This document shows positions 37,376-47,704 of a stretch of 64,000 nt of DNA, piece by piece. Origin of the DNA: a candidate division WWE3 bacterium. GTDB lineage: Bacteria; Patescibacteriota; WWE3; UBA101185; UBA10185. The stretch lies in assembly GCA_014729135.1 (NCBI GenBank), contig WJKK01000001.1, positions 192,593 to 256,592 of the forward strand. The letters run 5' to 3'. The notes beneath the pieces were generated by a model. The model was not told where the DNA came from and did no database searches. It saw nothing but the letters and a program-made list of their open reading frames with translations. The translations under genes and the position numbers were made by a program. Numbering within the stretch: the stretch's first letter is position 1; each line of letters begins with the position of its first letter.

Positions 37376-39307
37376 TTATTCGTTTCCGTCGACAACTTCG
37401 CCTTCTACAGGTTTTTCGCCTTCGTTGTTTTCATTGTTGCCCCTCTCACCGGAGCCTCCGGCAGAACCTCCCATTCCTTGTGGTCCTTGCTGAGGGCCTT
37501 GTCCCGCCCCTTGCTGCCCTTGATAAAGGTGCTCCCCAATCTTTTGCAAACTCCCCGATAACTCCTGAGTTTTCTTGTTCAACTCCTCTTTATCTGCTGT
37601 CTGCAAAACATCTCGAACCGACTTCACTTTTTTCTCAATTTCTGACTTCACATCCTCCGGAACCTTATCGCCGGCATCCTTCAAAGACTTTTCAGCTGTG
37701 TAGCAAAGACTATCCGCCATATTTCGCGCCTTAATCAACTCCTCTTTTTTCTTATCCTCTTCCTTCATCTTCTCCGCTTGCTGAACCATCTTCTCCACCT
37801 CATCTTCCGACAAACCGGTACCTCCCTGAATGGTAATCTTTTGCTCTTTACCTGTGCCTTTATCTTTAGCCGACACATTCAAAATTCCATTAGCGTCAAT
37901 GTCAAAAGTCACTTCAATTTGAGGCACTCCTCTTGGAGCAGGCGCAATTCCATCGAGAATAAAGCGTCCTAAGGATTTGTTGTCAGCAGCCATCTTGCGT
38001 TCACCTTGAACCACGTGAATTTCTACACTTGTTTGGTTATCCGCTGCTGTACTAAACGTTTGCGAAGCTGATGTTGGAATTGTTGTATTTCGCTCTATTA
38101 AAGGAGTCGCTACGCCTCCCAGGGTTTCAATTCCCAAAGTCAACGGAGTAACATCCAGCAGCAAAACGTCTTTAACATCTCCTGCCAGGACACCTCCCTG
38201 GATTGCTGCACCTACAGCTACAACTTCATCCGGATTAACTCCTTGGTGCGGTTTCTTACCAAAGAACTCTTCAGTAACCTCCAAAATCTTTGGCATTCGC
38301 GTCATTCCGCCCACCATAATAACTTCCGCAATGTCTTCTTTCTTAAGACCCGCGTCCTTTAAGGCTGCCTCCATAGGAGGAATAGTTCGATTAATTAAAT
38401 CCTCGGTCAACTGCTCCAGTTTTGCACGTGTTAACTTTAAGTTCAGGTGTTTTGGCCCTGACTGATCCGCCGTAACAAAAGGAATGTTAATTTCAGTTTC
38501 CATTGTGGATGAAAGTTCAATCTTTGCTTTTTCGGCAGCATCTTTTAGGCGCTGCATTGCTTGACGATCTTGGGACAAGTCGATTCCTTCCTCTTTTTTG
38601 AATTCTGCAACCATCCAGTTGATAATTTTGCGATCCCAGTCGTCTCCTCCCAAATAGGTGTCTCCATTTGTGGCTTTAACCTCAAAGACACCGTCGCCAA
38701 TCTCCAAAATAGAAATGTCGTAAGTTCCTCCACCCAAGTCGTAAACGGCAATTATCTCGTTCTCCTTTTTGTCCATTCCGTAGGCTAAGGCAGCAGCGGT
38801 GGGCTCGTTAATAATTCGATCTACTTTAAAGCCTGCAATTTTTCCTGCCTCTTTTGTTGCTGATCTTTGGGAGTCGTTAAAGTAAGCGGGCACTGTAATA
38901 ACCGCTTCTTCCACTTCTTCACCCAAGTAAGTTTCCGCGTCTTTTTTCAACTTTGCCAAGATTTTTGCGGAAATTTCTTGTGGTGTGTAAGTTTTACCCT
39001 CAACCTCAACACAAGCTAATCCATTTTTACCCTCTACAATTTTGTAAGGATAATCTTTTTGGATTTCCTTTATTTCAGGGTCGCTGTACTTTCTGCCCAT
39101 TAATCTTTTTACACTAAATATGGTGTTTTTGGGGTTCACCACCTGTTGTCTTTTAGCGGGTACTCCAACTAAATCTGCTTCAGGTGCAACCACCGAAGGA
39201 GTTGTGTGCCCTCCTTCTGCGTTTACAATAACTTTGGGTTGTCCTCCCTCCATTACTGCCATACAACTATTTGTTGTTCCTAAGTCTATTCCTATGATTT
39301 TTGCCAT
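37376..39307 (-). CDS. dnaK: Chaperone DnaK (Hsp70)
   Basis: [22 protein letters not shown] and the rest of a full-length Hsp70 with a Gly-rich C-terminal tail. Confidence 0.95.
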   Translation of the reverse strand: MAKIIGIDLGTTNSCMAVMEGGQPKVIVNAEGGHTTPSVVAPEADLVGVPAKRQQVVNPKNTIFSVKRLMGRKYSDPEIKEIQKDYPYKIVEGKNGLACVEVEGKTYTPQEISAKILAKLKKDAETYLGEEVEEAVITVPAYFNDSQRSATKEAGKIAGFKVDRIINEPTAAALAYGMDKKENEIIAVYDLGGGTYDISILEIGDGVFEVKATNGDTYLGGDDWDRKIINWMVAEFKKEEGIDLSQDRQAMQRLKDAAEKAKIELSSTMETEINIPFVTADQSGPKHLNLKLTRAKLEQLTEDLINRTIPPMEAALKDAGLKKEDIAEVIMVGGMTRMPKILEVTEEFFGKKPHQGVNPDEVVAVGAAIQGGVLAGDVKDVLLLDVTPLTLGIETLGGVATPLIERNTTIPTSASQTFSTAADNQTSVEIHVVQGERKMAADNKSLGRFILDGIAPAPRGVPQIEVTFDIDANGILNVSAKDKGTGKEQKITIQGGTGLSEDEVEKMVQQAEKMKEEDKKKEELIKARNMADSLCYTAEKSLKDAGDKVPEDVKSEIEKKVKSVRDVLQTADKEELNKKTQELSGSLQKIGEHLYQGQQGAGQGPQQGPQGMGGSAGGSGERGNNENNEGEKPVEGEVVDGNE

Positions 39308-39336
39308 GTTTTTCCTTTCTTTTAATTTTTAATTAA

Positions 39337-39888
39337 TTATTTACTTGTTTCTTGGGAAGTTTTTCCCACAACAACTTTAACCGGTTTCAAAACTCTATCC
39401 TTAAACTTATAACCATTTTGCAAAACTTCCAGCACTTTTCCTTTCTGTGTTTCATCCTCAACTTCTTGAGCTTCAATTGCCTCCATAAGATTTTCGTCAA
39501 ACTCTTTCCCCCCAGCTTCAATTTTTTCTATACCTGTAGTCTTTAAAACTTCCCAAAACTGATCAACTACCATTTTCAATCCCTGGTCCTCTGAATGTTT
39601 TTCCACCATTAGCAAATTGTCGTAAACCGGAATTAACTCTGACGCTAAAACAAAATTTGAAAATTTTACTGCATCTTCTTTCTCTTTTATTGTTCTACGC
39701 TGTAAGTTTTTGTAATCAGCCAAAGCGCGTTTCCAATTATTTTCCATTTCTTGCAGCTGCTTTTCCAAATCCCCTGTATCTTGAGTCACTTTTTTAGTCT
39801 CCTTCCCAGTTTCCTTATTTTCCTCCACACGCTCATCCTGATTTTTTGGCGCATTCTTATTATTGTCTTTCATCTTTTTCTTATTCAT
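39337..39888 (-). CDS. grpE: Nucleotide exchange factor GrpE
   Basis: 183 aa with coiled-coil and C-terminal GrpE pattern. Sits between hrcA and dnaK. Confidence 0.8.
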   Translation of the reverse strand: MNKKKMKDNNKNAPKNQDERVEENKETGKETKKVTQDTGDLEKQLQEMENNWKRALADYKNLQRRTIKEKEDAVKFSNFVLASELIPVYDNLLMVEKHSEDQGLKMVVDQFWEVLKTTGIEKIEAGGKEFDENLMEAIEAQEVEDETQKGKVLEVLQNGYKFKDRVLKPVKVVVGKTSQETSK

Positions 39889-39892
39889 ACTT

Positions 39893-40609
39893 TTAAGAGG
39901 CTAATTCTTCTACTAAATCCTTGGCGTACCTAAGCGAAGGAAGCACTTTGTCGTATTCCATTCTGGCCGGTCCTATAACTGCAATGTAGCCTTTTTTCTT
40001 GTTGGTTTGGTATCCGGTGGAGGCAATGCAGCATTGTTCCAGGTTTTCGTTGGGAAGGTCATCGCCAATTAAGCAGTAGACGTCTCTTTCTCCGCCGGTT
40101 TTACTTAAGATGTTGTTTAAAAGTTCGTAATTATCTGCTAAGTAAAGTGCTGATTTTGCAACTTCTATATCCCAGAATTCTTTTTCATCAAGCATGTTAA
40201 CGGCACCGGAGTGTATTGAGAAGCCCTCTGTTGTTGTGGCTACTGAAAGGAGTTTGTTAAATTCCGCCAGGGAGCTAACTATTTCTCTTAGAAGTTTGTG
40301 AAACTCATAACGTGCAGGCCACACTTGCTGTTTTATTGCTACTTCTTGAAGCACCGGCATTTCCTGTTCTTCTAGAAGTTCCTGTATAAAGAAGCGGTAA
40401 GCCATTGGAGTAGGTACGCGCCCTGAAGAAGTATGTAGCATGTCCAAAAATCCCTTTTCTATAAGTTCTGCCATTTCATTACGTACAGTAGCTGCTGAAT
40501 AATCCAGCTTGTATTTTTTGACCAGATATGTGGAACCAACCGGTTTGGGGCTTTCCATGTATTCTTGAATTATGTATTCAAGCAGTTGGATTTGTCTATT
40601 GCTAAGCAT
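39893..40609 (-). CDS. hrcA: Heat-inducible transcription repressor HrcA (compact, 238 aa)
   Basis: N-terminal wHTH (RQIQLLEYIIQEY...PVGS..L). First gene of hrcA-grpE-dnaK-dnaJ. A CIRCE-like palindrome abuts the start codon. Confidence 0.7.
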   Translation of the reverse strand: MLSNRQIQLLEYIIQEYMESPKPVGSTYLVKKYKLDYSAATVRNEMAELIEKGFLDMLHTSSGRVPTPMAYRFFIQELLEEQEMPVLQEVAIKQQVWPARYEFHKLLREIVSSLAEFNKLLSVATTTEGFSIHSGAVNMLDEKEFWDIEVAKSALYLADNYELLNNILSKTGGERDVYCLIGDDLPNENLEQCCIASTGYQTNKKKGYIAVIGPARMEYDKVLPSLRYAKDLVEELAS

Positions 40610-40610
40610 A

Positions 40611-40637
40611 TTATCACTATAATATCACGAGTGATAA
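40611..40637. promoter_or_regulatory. CIRCE-like operator (TTATCACTA-N9-GAGTGATAA)
   Basis: Perfect inverted repeat matching the CIRCE consensus TTAGCACTC-N9-GAGTGCTAA, with one complementary substitution per arm. Directly upstream of the hrcA ATG. Confidence 0.7.
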
Positions 40638-40649
40638 AGAAGTCAAGAA

Positions 40650-40735
40650 CTCAAAATCTTTCTAAAAGCTTCTTGGGGAACGTCAACAGAACCAATCCGT
40701 TTTAGACGCTCCTTACCTTTTTTCTGGCGCTCCAA
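40650..40735 (-). pseudogene. Duplicated 3'-terminal fragment of lepA (86 bp, 83/86 identical to 42221-42306)
   Basis: Encodes LERQKKGKERLKRIGSVDVPQEAFRKILSS, identical to the LepA C-terminus. The upstream reading frame is unrelated. Confidence 0.8.
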
Positions 40736-41315
40736 GGCAAAAAATAGCTCTTTCCAGACTGATGTTTTTTCTTTGCAAGAGCTTTTTCCAGTCTTTAACT
40801 TCTTTTGTCGCAATGAATTGTTGTTTTGTAAACAATTCATTTCCTATTGTCAATCTAAGGTTTCCTGCCACACTCTCTAAGAGATATGTCATTAGGTTTG
40901 TTGATCTGTAAGGGGTATCCATAAAAATTATTGTTTTTTTACTTTCCAGGATCGTTTTTTCTGCCTTTTTAAAAAAGATGTTTCTCTGAGTCCTTTTAAT
41001 TGGAGCATAACCTGTGAACTCAAAATTTTGCCCATTTAGCCCTGATGCACTAAGTGTTAGTAGTATTGAGGAGGGTCCTACTAGAGGTATAACCTCAAAG
41101 TTGTTTCGATGTGCGTAGGAAACAATATTATTTCCCGGATCTGCAATGCAGGGATTTCCTGCCTCTGAAATAAGGCACAGCATCCTTTCTTTTTCCAAGT
41201 AGCTTTTTATTTCAGAATTTATTGCGTAATTTTTTCTCTTGGGTAATTCGACAAAATTTTGAGGTGGTATTTCCAAATCTAGACACTCTCCTATGGGTAA
41301 TGGAAATAGTACCAT
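40713..41315 (-). CDS. rsmI: 16S rRNA 2'-O-methyltransferase RsmI-like (tetrapyrrole methylase family), compact
   Basis: PIGE(N)..D, LISEAGNPCIADPG, IPLVGPSSILLTLSASGL and F.F.GY.P segments match the RsmI order. 200 aa. Its 3' end lies inside the duplicated lepA segment. Confidence 0.55.
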   Translation of the reverse strand: MVLFPLPIGECLDLEIPPQNFVELPKRKNYAINSEIKSYLEKERMLCLISEAGNPCIADPGNNIVSYAHRNNFEVIPLVGPSSILLTLSASGLNGQNFEFTGYAPIKRTQRNIFFKKAEKTILESKKTIIFMDTPYRSTNLMTYLLESVAGNLRLTIGNELFTKQQFIATKEVKDWKKLLQRKNISLERAIFCLGAPEKR

Positions 41316-41360
41316 TTTTTTTTGCCTGTTATTCTAGCCAAGACAACTGTTTCCTATCTT

Positions 41361-42194
41361 TTATCTTCCAAAGTCACCCAAGTAATTTTCATTTGATAAA
41401 TCGATTTTTCCTTCTTTGTATTCTTCTACGGCCTCCTCAATAAGGCTCGCTAAATTTTTATTAAATTGTCCCTTTAATGTTTTTAAGTTGTCAATTCTTT
41501 TTTGAGCTACATAGTTATTTTTCAAATTAAATCCCTCTAATGGGTTTTCTTTAGATCTGCTGGGCAAGTCCATCAGCACATTTATGAGATGCTGCTTCTC
41601 GTAAGGGGGTTTTGGAAATACTTCTCTCATTAGGCGTTCTGTTTTTTCAGGCAGTATATTTGTTACAACTTCATACAATCCCTCAATGCCTTGGGCAGGT
41701 GGTCGAAAGTGTACCTTTATGTTTGAGGGGGTTTCGAAGAGTTCAAAATCGAAATTTTCAGCGATAATGTAATACGTCAATTCTTGTTTTTCCCTGTATT
41801 CAATAACCTCAAGTAACAATTTGAGGCAGTTTTCCGAGGTTGTCCCCGTTCCTATTTCAGTATCGATAAAAAGGATATTTTTGAAAGATTCTATATTGTG
41901 TTCCTTGATTTGGTTTTTGACAGCGTATTTCAGTATCGAATTATCCCATCTGTTTTGAGGTATTTCTTTTTTATTAGGTTTGTAGCGTACAAATGGAATT
42001 CTGATAATTTCGGGAGGTTGTTGGGCGATGTGATTATAAAAGATATGCGCGATGTGGGCGCACATTATTCCTGAGTTTCCTCCAGCCAGAATAATATCTA
42101 AGTGCACTTTTTCATCGTTGATAAGTTTATAAAGTGTTGCGATAGTTCTTTTTAAACGCACTTTTGCAAGCTTCTCAAGGGAATCCATTTTCAT
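41361..42194 (-). CDS. Hypothetical protein, possible PRTase-like fold
   Basis: 277 aa. ILFIDTEIGTGTT weakly resembles a phosphoribosyltransferase PRPP-binding loop. Confidence 0.25.
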   Translation of the reverse strand: MKMDSLEKLAKVRLKRTIATLYKLINDEKVHLDIILAGGNSGIMCAHIAHIFYNHIAQQPPEIIRIPFVRYKPNKKEIPQNRWDNSILKYAVKNQIKEHNIESFKNILFIDTEIGTGTTSENCLKLLLEVIEYREKQELTYYIIAENFDFELFETPSNIKVHFRPPAQGIEGLYEVVTNILPEKTERLMREVFPKPPYEKQHLINVLMDLPSRSKENPLEGFNLKNNYVAQKRIDNLKTLKGQFNKNLASLIEEAVEEYKEGKIDLSNENYLGDFGR

Positions 42195-42213
42195 ATGGAA
42201 ATTTTAACATAGC

Positions 42214-44028
42214 CTAACTACTCAAAATTTTTCTAAAGGCTTCTTGGGGAACGTCAACAGAACCAATCCGTTTTAGACGCTCCTTACCTTTTTTCTGGCG
42301 TTCCAACAGCTTATCCTTGCGTTCCCGATGGCCGCCGTAAATCCCTTGCAAAACCGTTTTTCTCATAGCCGGAAGATTCTCACGTGCCACAATCCTGCCT
42401 CCAATAGCTGCTTGCAAAGCCACTTTAAACTGCTGCTTGGGCAGAATTTCTTTCAACTTCAGCAAAACATCACGCCCCTTACGCTCCGCCTCCCTACGCA
42501 AAACCATATGCGACAAGGGTTCCACCACATCACCATGAACCAAAATGTCCAACTTAACCACATCTGCTTGGCGATACTCCAAAAACTCATAATCCAAGCT
42601 GGCAAAACCTGACGAAGTACTTTTCAAATCATCAAAAAAGTTTGCTATCAGCTCACTTAAAGGAAGTTCATATTCAAAAATTACCCGGTTTTCAGTAGGG
42701 TACTCCATGGAGCGTTGCACGCCTCGCCGCTTTTCGCAAAGCGTAATAATATTGCCCACATACTCCGCCGGAGAAACTATATTTATTAAAATCCAAGGCT
42801 CTTCAATACTTTCAATTCTAGAACGATCCGGCATTTCCGAAGGGCGCTTAACAAACTCCGTTTCACCTCCCGTCAAATTTACCTTATATTCAACACTTGG
42901 AGTTGTAGAAATTAGCTCCAAATTGTACTCGCGTTCTAAACGCTCTTGAACCACATCCGCATGCAAAAGCCCCAAAAATCCACATCTAAAACCAAACCCT
43001 AAAGCCCCGCTACTTTCCGGTTCATAAGTTAGGGCTGCATCAGATAAGGCCAGCTTTTCCAGTGCTTTGCGTAAATCCTTAAAATCGTCATTTTCAATAG
43101 GATAAATTGACACAAAAACAAAAGGCTTAATTTCCTTATATCCCGGCAAAGGCTGCACGTCTTCTTTTTGGTTGTAGTAAGTTAGCGTATCGCCCACGTG
43201 AATTGAGTGGATGTCCTTTAGGCCTGTAGCCACATAGCCCACTTCGCCGGTTTTAAGAGTGCCTGTCTTTTTTCTTTGAGGCGTAAAGATGCCTATTTCT
43301 TGAACTGTTGCTGCTTTTTGTGATGCTAAGAAGTAAATTTCCTCGTTTTCTTTGGTCTTTTGAAGCGTGCCTTCTGTTATTTTTACTACAGCCACAACTC
43401 CCAAGTAGTCGTCGTAAAATGTATCAAAGATTAGCGCTTTAAGAGTTTTTTCGCGTTCTTTTGGAGTTGGAGGAGGCACTTTTGTAATTAGCTCTTTTAA
43501 AAGAGTCTCTACATTTTCTCCGGTTTTAGCCGAGACTCTAAGGATTTCCTCTCTTTTAAAGCCAAACGTGTTTATAAGATCTTGTTCTACTTCGTCGGCT
43601 TGATGACCTTTAACGTCGATTTTGTTGATAACGGGAATTATGGTGAGGTCTGCTTCTAGGGCTTTGTAAACGTTGGAGACGGTTTGGGCTTCAATTCCTT
43701 GTGTGGCGTCAACAACGAGGATTGCTCCTTCGCAAGCTGCTAATGAGCGGGATACCTCGTAGGAGAAGTCGACGTGGCCGGGTGTGTCTATGAGGTTTAG
43801 TTGGTAGGTTTGGTTGTTGTCTTTCCCAAAGGAATAGTTCATGCGCACAGCTTTAAGCTTTATAGTAATTCCCTTTTCGCGCTCCAAATCCAGCTGATCC
43901 ATGGTTTGCTCTTTAAGTTTGCGTTTTTCCACGGTTCCTGTAATTTCCAGGAGTCTATCTGCTAACGTAGATTTTCCATGGTCGATGTGAGCAATTATGC
44001 AAAAGTTTCTAATATTTTTTGTGTCCAT
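42214..44028 (-). CDS. lepA: Translation elongation factor 4 (LepA)
   Basis: G-domain IIAHIDHGKSTLADRLL and DTPGHVDF, plus the LepA C-terminal domain. Start placed at MDTKNIRNF (ATG 44026-44028); the ORF track extends to 44181. Confidence 0.9.
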   Translation of the reverse strand: MDTKNIRNFCIIAHIDHGKSTLADRLLEITGTVEKRKLKEQTMDQLDLEREKGITIKLKAVRMNYSFGKDNNQTYQLNLIDTPGHVDFSYEVSRSLAACEGAILVVDATQGIEAQTVSNVYKALEADLTIIPVINKIDVKGHQADEVEQDLINTFGFKREEILRVSAKTGENVETLLKELITKVPPPTPKEREKTLKALIFDTFYDDYLGVVAVVKITEGTLQKTKENEEIYFLASQKAATVQEIGIFTPQRKKTGTLKTGEVGYVATGLKDIHSIHVGDTLTYYNQKEDVQPLPGYKEIKPFVFVSIYPIENDDFKDLRKALEKLALSDAALTYEPESSGALGFGFRCGFLGLLHADVVQERLEREYNLELISTTPSVEYKVNLTGGETEFVKRPSEMPDRSRIESIEEPWILINIVSPAEYVGNIITLCEKRRGVQRSMEYPTENRVIFEYELPLSELIANFFDDLKSTSSGFASLDYEFLEYRQADVVKLDILVHGDVVEPLSHMVLRREAERKGRDVLLKLKEILPKQQFKVALQAAIGGRIVARENLPAMRKTVLQGIYGGHRERKDKLLERQKKGKERLKRIGSVDVPQEAFRKILSS

Positions 44029-44059
44029 ACTGGAGGGATTATACAGGAGTTTTGGGGAT

Positions 44060-45043
44060 TTAAGCTGCAGGAAGGGCGTAGATAATTCCCATGACCACAA
44101 GTCCCCATAAAATAACCGTGAAAAACAAAGGCTTGTCTGAAAGCAGAACTCGTGCAGGTGATTCCCCCTCTTCGCGCTCATAAATAACGTACAAATAACG
44201 CGCTACTCCATAAATAACAACAGGAATAGTTAACATCATCCACTTGGGACTGCGCAAAGTAGAGGGCAAAAGCTCCGTTAAAATGTTGCCGGCCCCTTGA
44301 GGTGAAACCTGAAATGTAAAAAGAGCATAAGTCATAATGCATAAGGACGAAGACATTGAAATCATGCTGTCCAAAAGTGTATCCGGATAATGACGAAGCG
44401 TTTTTCGAGTGTCGCCGTCCTCTTCGTTAAATTTTCTCAAAAGCGTTTTCTCGGATCGGCGCTTTCCAAAAGCCATTAAAAGTGAAAGACCAATAGTAGT
44501 TAAAGCCAACCAGGAGGAGAGCGATGTGTTGGTTCCAAAGCCTCCTGCAAAAACGCGAATTACAAATCCTGTAGCCACAACTAAAGAATCTAAAATGATT
44601 ACGTTTCTAAAGTAAAGTGAGTACAAAAACTGCATGACGATGTAGGCAATGACGCTTAAGGTGAAGAAGGTTCCCACCGCGGTGTAGGCAAAGACCAGAG
44701 CAAAAAGGATTAAGCCGACTGCAATTACCCAGGCTGTTTTGATTCCTACTTTTCCGGAGGCAATAGGTCTGTTCTTTTTTACAGGATGTTTGCGGTCTTT
44801 TTCTACGTCGTTAATGTCGTTGATGAAGTAAGCTCCCGAGGAGATTGCGGAGAAAGCAATGAAGCATTTAGTAGCTGTCCAGATGTTTTCGTCTGAGAAC
44901 AAAGCTCCGGAAAAGAAGGGAGCTGCAAAGACGCTTAGGTTTTTAAGCCATTGGCGCGGGCGCGCGGTTCTTACAATTTGATATAGTTTTCCGATCATCT
45001 TTAGCATTAGCTTAATGATAGAGTTTTCGCCCTTTTTTCGCAA
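44060..45043 (-). CDS. UbiA-family prenyltransferase (decaprenyl-phosphate phosphoribosyltransferase-like)
   Basis: RPRQWLKN and the NDINDVEKD Asp-rich motif. Polytopic membrane protein. The true start may be a downstream Met. Confidence 0.65.
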   Translation of the reverse strand: MRKKGENSIIKLMLKMIGKLYQIVRTARPRQWLKNLSVFAAPFFSGALFSDENIWTATKCFIAFSAISSGAYFINDINDVEKDRKHPVKKNRPIASGKVGIKTAWVIAVGLILFALVFAYTAVGTFFTLSVIAYIVMQFLYSLYFRNVIILDSLVVATGFVIRVFAGGFGTNTSLSSWLALTTIGLSLLMAFGKRRSEKTLLRKFNEEDGDTRKTLRHYPDTLLDSMISMSSSLCIMTYALFTFQVSPQGAGNILTELLPSTLRSPKWMMLTIPVVIYGVARYLYVIYEREEGESPARVLLSDKPLFFTVILWGLVVMGIIYALPAA

Positions 45044-45106
45044 CTTATTTAAGTTTTGCCGGTAATGTTGAATTAGGCTAAATCAATTATCATACTTTAA
45101 CTTTTC

Positions 45107-45841
45107 CTACTTCATTATCGACTCATCACTGTCATCAAAAACATATCCAAGCCCGTAAACAGTTTTAATCAAATTAGCGGCATCAAATCCCATTTCCTCA
45201 AATCTTTCCCTTAAGTAACAAACATAAACAGAAACTATTTTAGGGTTATCTATTTTTTCATCTCCCCAAACCGATTCCAAGATTTGTTCTTTAGATAAAC
45301 GAAATCCCTTGTTTGTAACCAGCAATTCCAAAAGGTCAAATTCCTTTCTTCGCAAATGAATTTCCTCACCTTTATAAATTAAAATTCGATTCCAAAAATC
45401 AATTGAAACGTCGCCAATTTCGTAAATATTGTTTTTGGGAATTGCTGGAGTGGTTCTTCGAATTAAAGTTTTTATTCTTGCGCACATTTCCGCGGGTGAA
45501 AAGGGGCGTTCTAAACAGTCATCTGCTCCGCGTTTTAGGCAACTTACTCGCCCTGAAACTCCTCTTTTTTTGTTTAGCATTAAAATGGGAATATCTGTTC
45601 CTTTTTGGCGCAGCATTTGGCAAACTTGGGAGCCTCGCATACTTGTAAGATCGTTATCTAGAATTATTAGACCGTATTTTTCAGAAGTTGCTGTATACAA
45701 GGCATAGGAAGCTTCTTTTTCAATATCGCAGACATACTTATCGGCAAGACACTTTTTCAGGTCTTTTATTAAATTCTTATTGTCGGCAATTATTAATATT
45801 TTCATTTTGGTTGTTGTAGCAACCTCCTTCATCTTTAACAT
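45107..45841 (-). CDS. OmpR-family response regulator (receiver + winged-helix output), orphan
   Basis: Receiver domain (KILIIADN...LIILDNDL) and a C-terminal trans_reg_C domain (LRRKEFDLLELL...YGLGYVF). No adjacent histidine kinase. Confidence 0.75.
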   Translation of the reverse strand: MLKMKEVATTTKMKILIIADNKNLIKDLKKCLADKYVCDIEKEASYALYTATSEKYGLIILDNDLTSMRGSQVCQMLRQKGTDIPILMLNKKRGVSGRVSCLKRGADDCLERPFSPAEMCARIKTLIRRTTPAIPKNNIYEIGDVSIDFWNRILIYKGEEIHLRRKEFDLLELLVTNKGFRLSKEQILESVWGDEKIDNPKIVSVYVCYLRERFEEMGFDAANLIKTVYGLGYVFDDSDESIMK

Positions 45842-46054
45842 ACAAATATTAAGGGATTATTAAGCCAAAATGGGAAATTGAGTGTCTGATATGTTCCCGA
45901 TACTATGGTTATAGGATAAAGTTATTAAGAAATGTTTTACAGTAACTCTAAAAATTTATATCAAAATATCAAAACATTTCCTTTTAGGCTTATTTTCCCG
46001 CTTTTTTGCAAATTTTCACCAAAATCCCGAAAACTCAAATGCTAAAATACAACT

Positions 46055-46423
46055 ATGCCCAAATTTCTTTACACAATACTTTTAACTAACATTCTCTCTT
46101 GGGCCGCATTTTTTAGAATCATCTTTACAAAAACACCAAACACAACAAATGCACTCTTTATTTTTCTCATTTTGTTTGGCCTTTCCACGTTTTTAACCAC
46201 CTCCGTTTTTAGCTATTTTCTAAAATCCCGTCAAAAGCACGGCAAATTCCACAATCCCCGTTTAACCTATCGCCAAGGCCTAAAATTCTCACTAATTCTT
46301 AGCCTAGGCCTCTCCACACTCCTGGGACTACGCCTTTTTAAAATCCTAAATCTCCTTACAGGAAGTATATTCCTACTCCTTTTCGTATCTGTTCTAATGG
46401 TCACAACTTCAAATCGGCGCTAA
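46055..46423 (+). CDS. Hypothetical membrane protein
   Basis: 122 aa with 4 TM segments. Confidence 0.35.
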   Translation: MPKFLYTILLTNILSWAAFFRIIFTKTPNTTNALFIFLILFGLSTFLTTSVFSYFLKSRQKHGKFHNPRLTYRQGLKFSLILSLGLSTLLGLRLFKILNLLTGSIFLLLFVSVLMVTTSNRR

Positions 46424-46512
46424 ATTTGTTAGAATAAGGGTACTGTTCAGCAGCTTTTGCTATTCGGTATTTAGAAAGGCTGTTAAAGTTTAAAGTTAAA
46501 GAAAGGCATTTA

Positions 46513-46932
46513 ATGGATAATCACGTTTACAAATTTAGAGTTTGGCATAAGGAAAAAGAGTACATGTATGAAAATATAGCTATGGGGCTTAATGGAAAGG
46601 TTTTGTATTCTCGAGGAAATCCTAAGAAGCGCGGTCCTGACTGGTATGTTAGTGAGGAGTTTAGCGAGGATACTGTGCCCATGCAGTTTATAGGTCTTAA
46701 GGATGATAAGGGCAAGGAGATTTATGAGGGGGATCTTTTAAAGATTGGTGCTCAGGAGAATTTGGCAAAGGTGTTTTGGAATCCGGAAAACGCTCGTTTT
46801 GAACTGGAGTTTTTGGAGGAGGAGCGTGTTATTGGGTTTGAGGATAAGCGTTCTTTGCGTGGTGTGAAGCTAGCGGGAAATATTTTTGAGCATCCTGAGT
46901 TGTTAGAGGAAGACGGGGAAGAAGAGGAGTAG
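46513..46932 (+). CDS. YopX-family protein (phage-associated)
   Basis: KFRVWHKEKEYMY...FIGLKDDKGKEIYEGDLL matches the YopX signature. Confidence 0.6.
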   Translation: MDNHVYKFRVWHKEKEYMYENIAMGLNGKVLYSRGNPKKRGPDWYVSEEFSEDTVPMQFIGLKDDKGKEIYEGDLLKIGAQENLAKVFWNPENARFELEFLEEERVIGFEDKRSLRGVKLAGNIFEHPELLEEDGEEEE

Positions 46933-46942
46933 GTTAAACCGC

Positions 46943-47605
46943 ATGACAGCCATGACATCCAAAGAAAAAATGGAAAAAGGGTGGAAAGCACGTGAGGCTC
47001 ATGAATTTGAGGAAGCGGAAAAACTGCTTCGCGAAGCCCTGGAAGAATTTCAGGAAAAAGAAGATTGGTTTAATGCTACTGAATGCTTGAATCACTTGGC
47101 CTATTTAAAAAAGATTCAATCAAAACTAGCCGCAGAGGAGGGTTTTTCTTTGGCAAAACAGGGCCTTGAGCTGGCGGAAAAACATGGCTCTAAAAAGGTT
47201 CATGTTTACAGGTCTTTAAGGTCACTTTCCGATGAACAGGGCCGTTTTGAAAAGGCTTTGGAGTATGCGGAAAAGTGCTTGGAAGGTTATGAAAATCCCA
47301 TGAGTAGGGCAGATATGCAAAGTCATATAGCTTTGTATAAAATGCGAACGGGCCGTTTGGAGGATGCAAAAGAGTTAGCGGAACAGGCTTTAACGACTCT
47401 GGAGACTCATTGGGAGGAGGAACGGGAGCCTCATCGTTCGATTTGGAAGACAAGTGCTTTATTGGTTCTAGGGTTGATTGCTTACAATGGAGGCTTTCTA
47501 GATCAGGCGCATGATTACGGCGAGGAAGCTCTGGAGTTAGCGGAGAAGGCCGATTCAAAAACGCGAATTTTGCAAGCTAAGCAATTCTTAGACCTTTTTT
47601 CTTAA
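46943..47605 (+). CDS. TPR-like helical repeat protein
   Basis: 220 aa, all-alpha with repeated LA/EKAL segments. Confidence 0.35.
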   Translation: MTAMTSKEKMEKGWKAREAHEFEEAEKLLREALEEFQEKEDWFNATECLNHLAYLKKIQSKLAAEEGFSLAKQGLELAEKHGSKKVHVYRSLRSLSDEQGRFEKALEYAEKCLEGYENPMSRADMQSHIALYKMRTGRLEDAKELAEQALTTLETHWEEEREPHRSIWKTSALLVLGLIAYNGGFLDQAHDYGEEALELAEKADSKTRILQAKQFLDLFS

Positions 47606-47704
47606 GTGAGGCTCGAGAAATAACAAAGACACCCTTATGAGACCTAAGATTTCTCAAGTTCTATTTTGATTTCCCTCTAATGCAAAATGTGATAAAATGC
47701 ATTC

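Noticed and set aside
44029-44181. N-terminal 51-aa extension of lepA in the ORF track, overlapping the UbiA-family gene
   Set aside because: The extension has no similarity to LepA. The conserved G-domain begins right after Met52 (ATG at 44026-44028), so the upstream stretch is read-through of the intergenic region and the neighbouring gene's 3' end.
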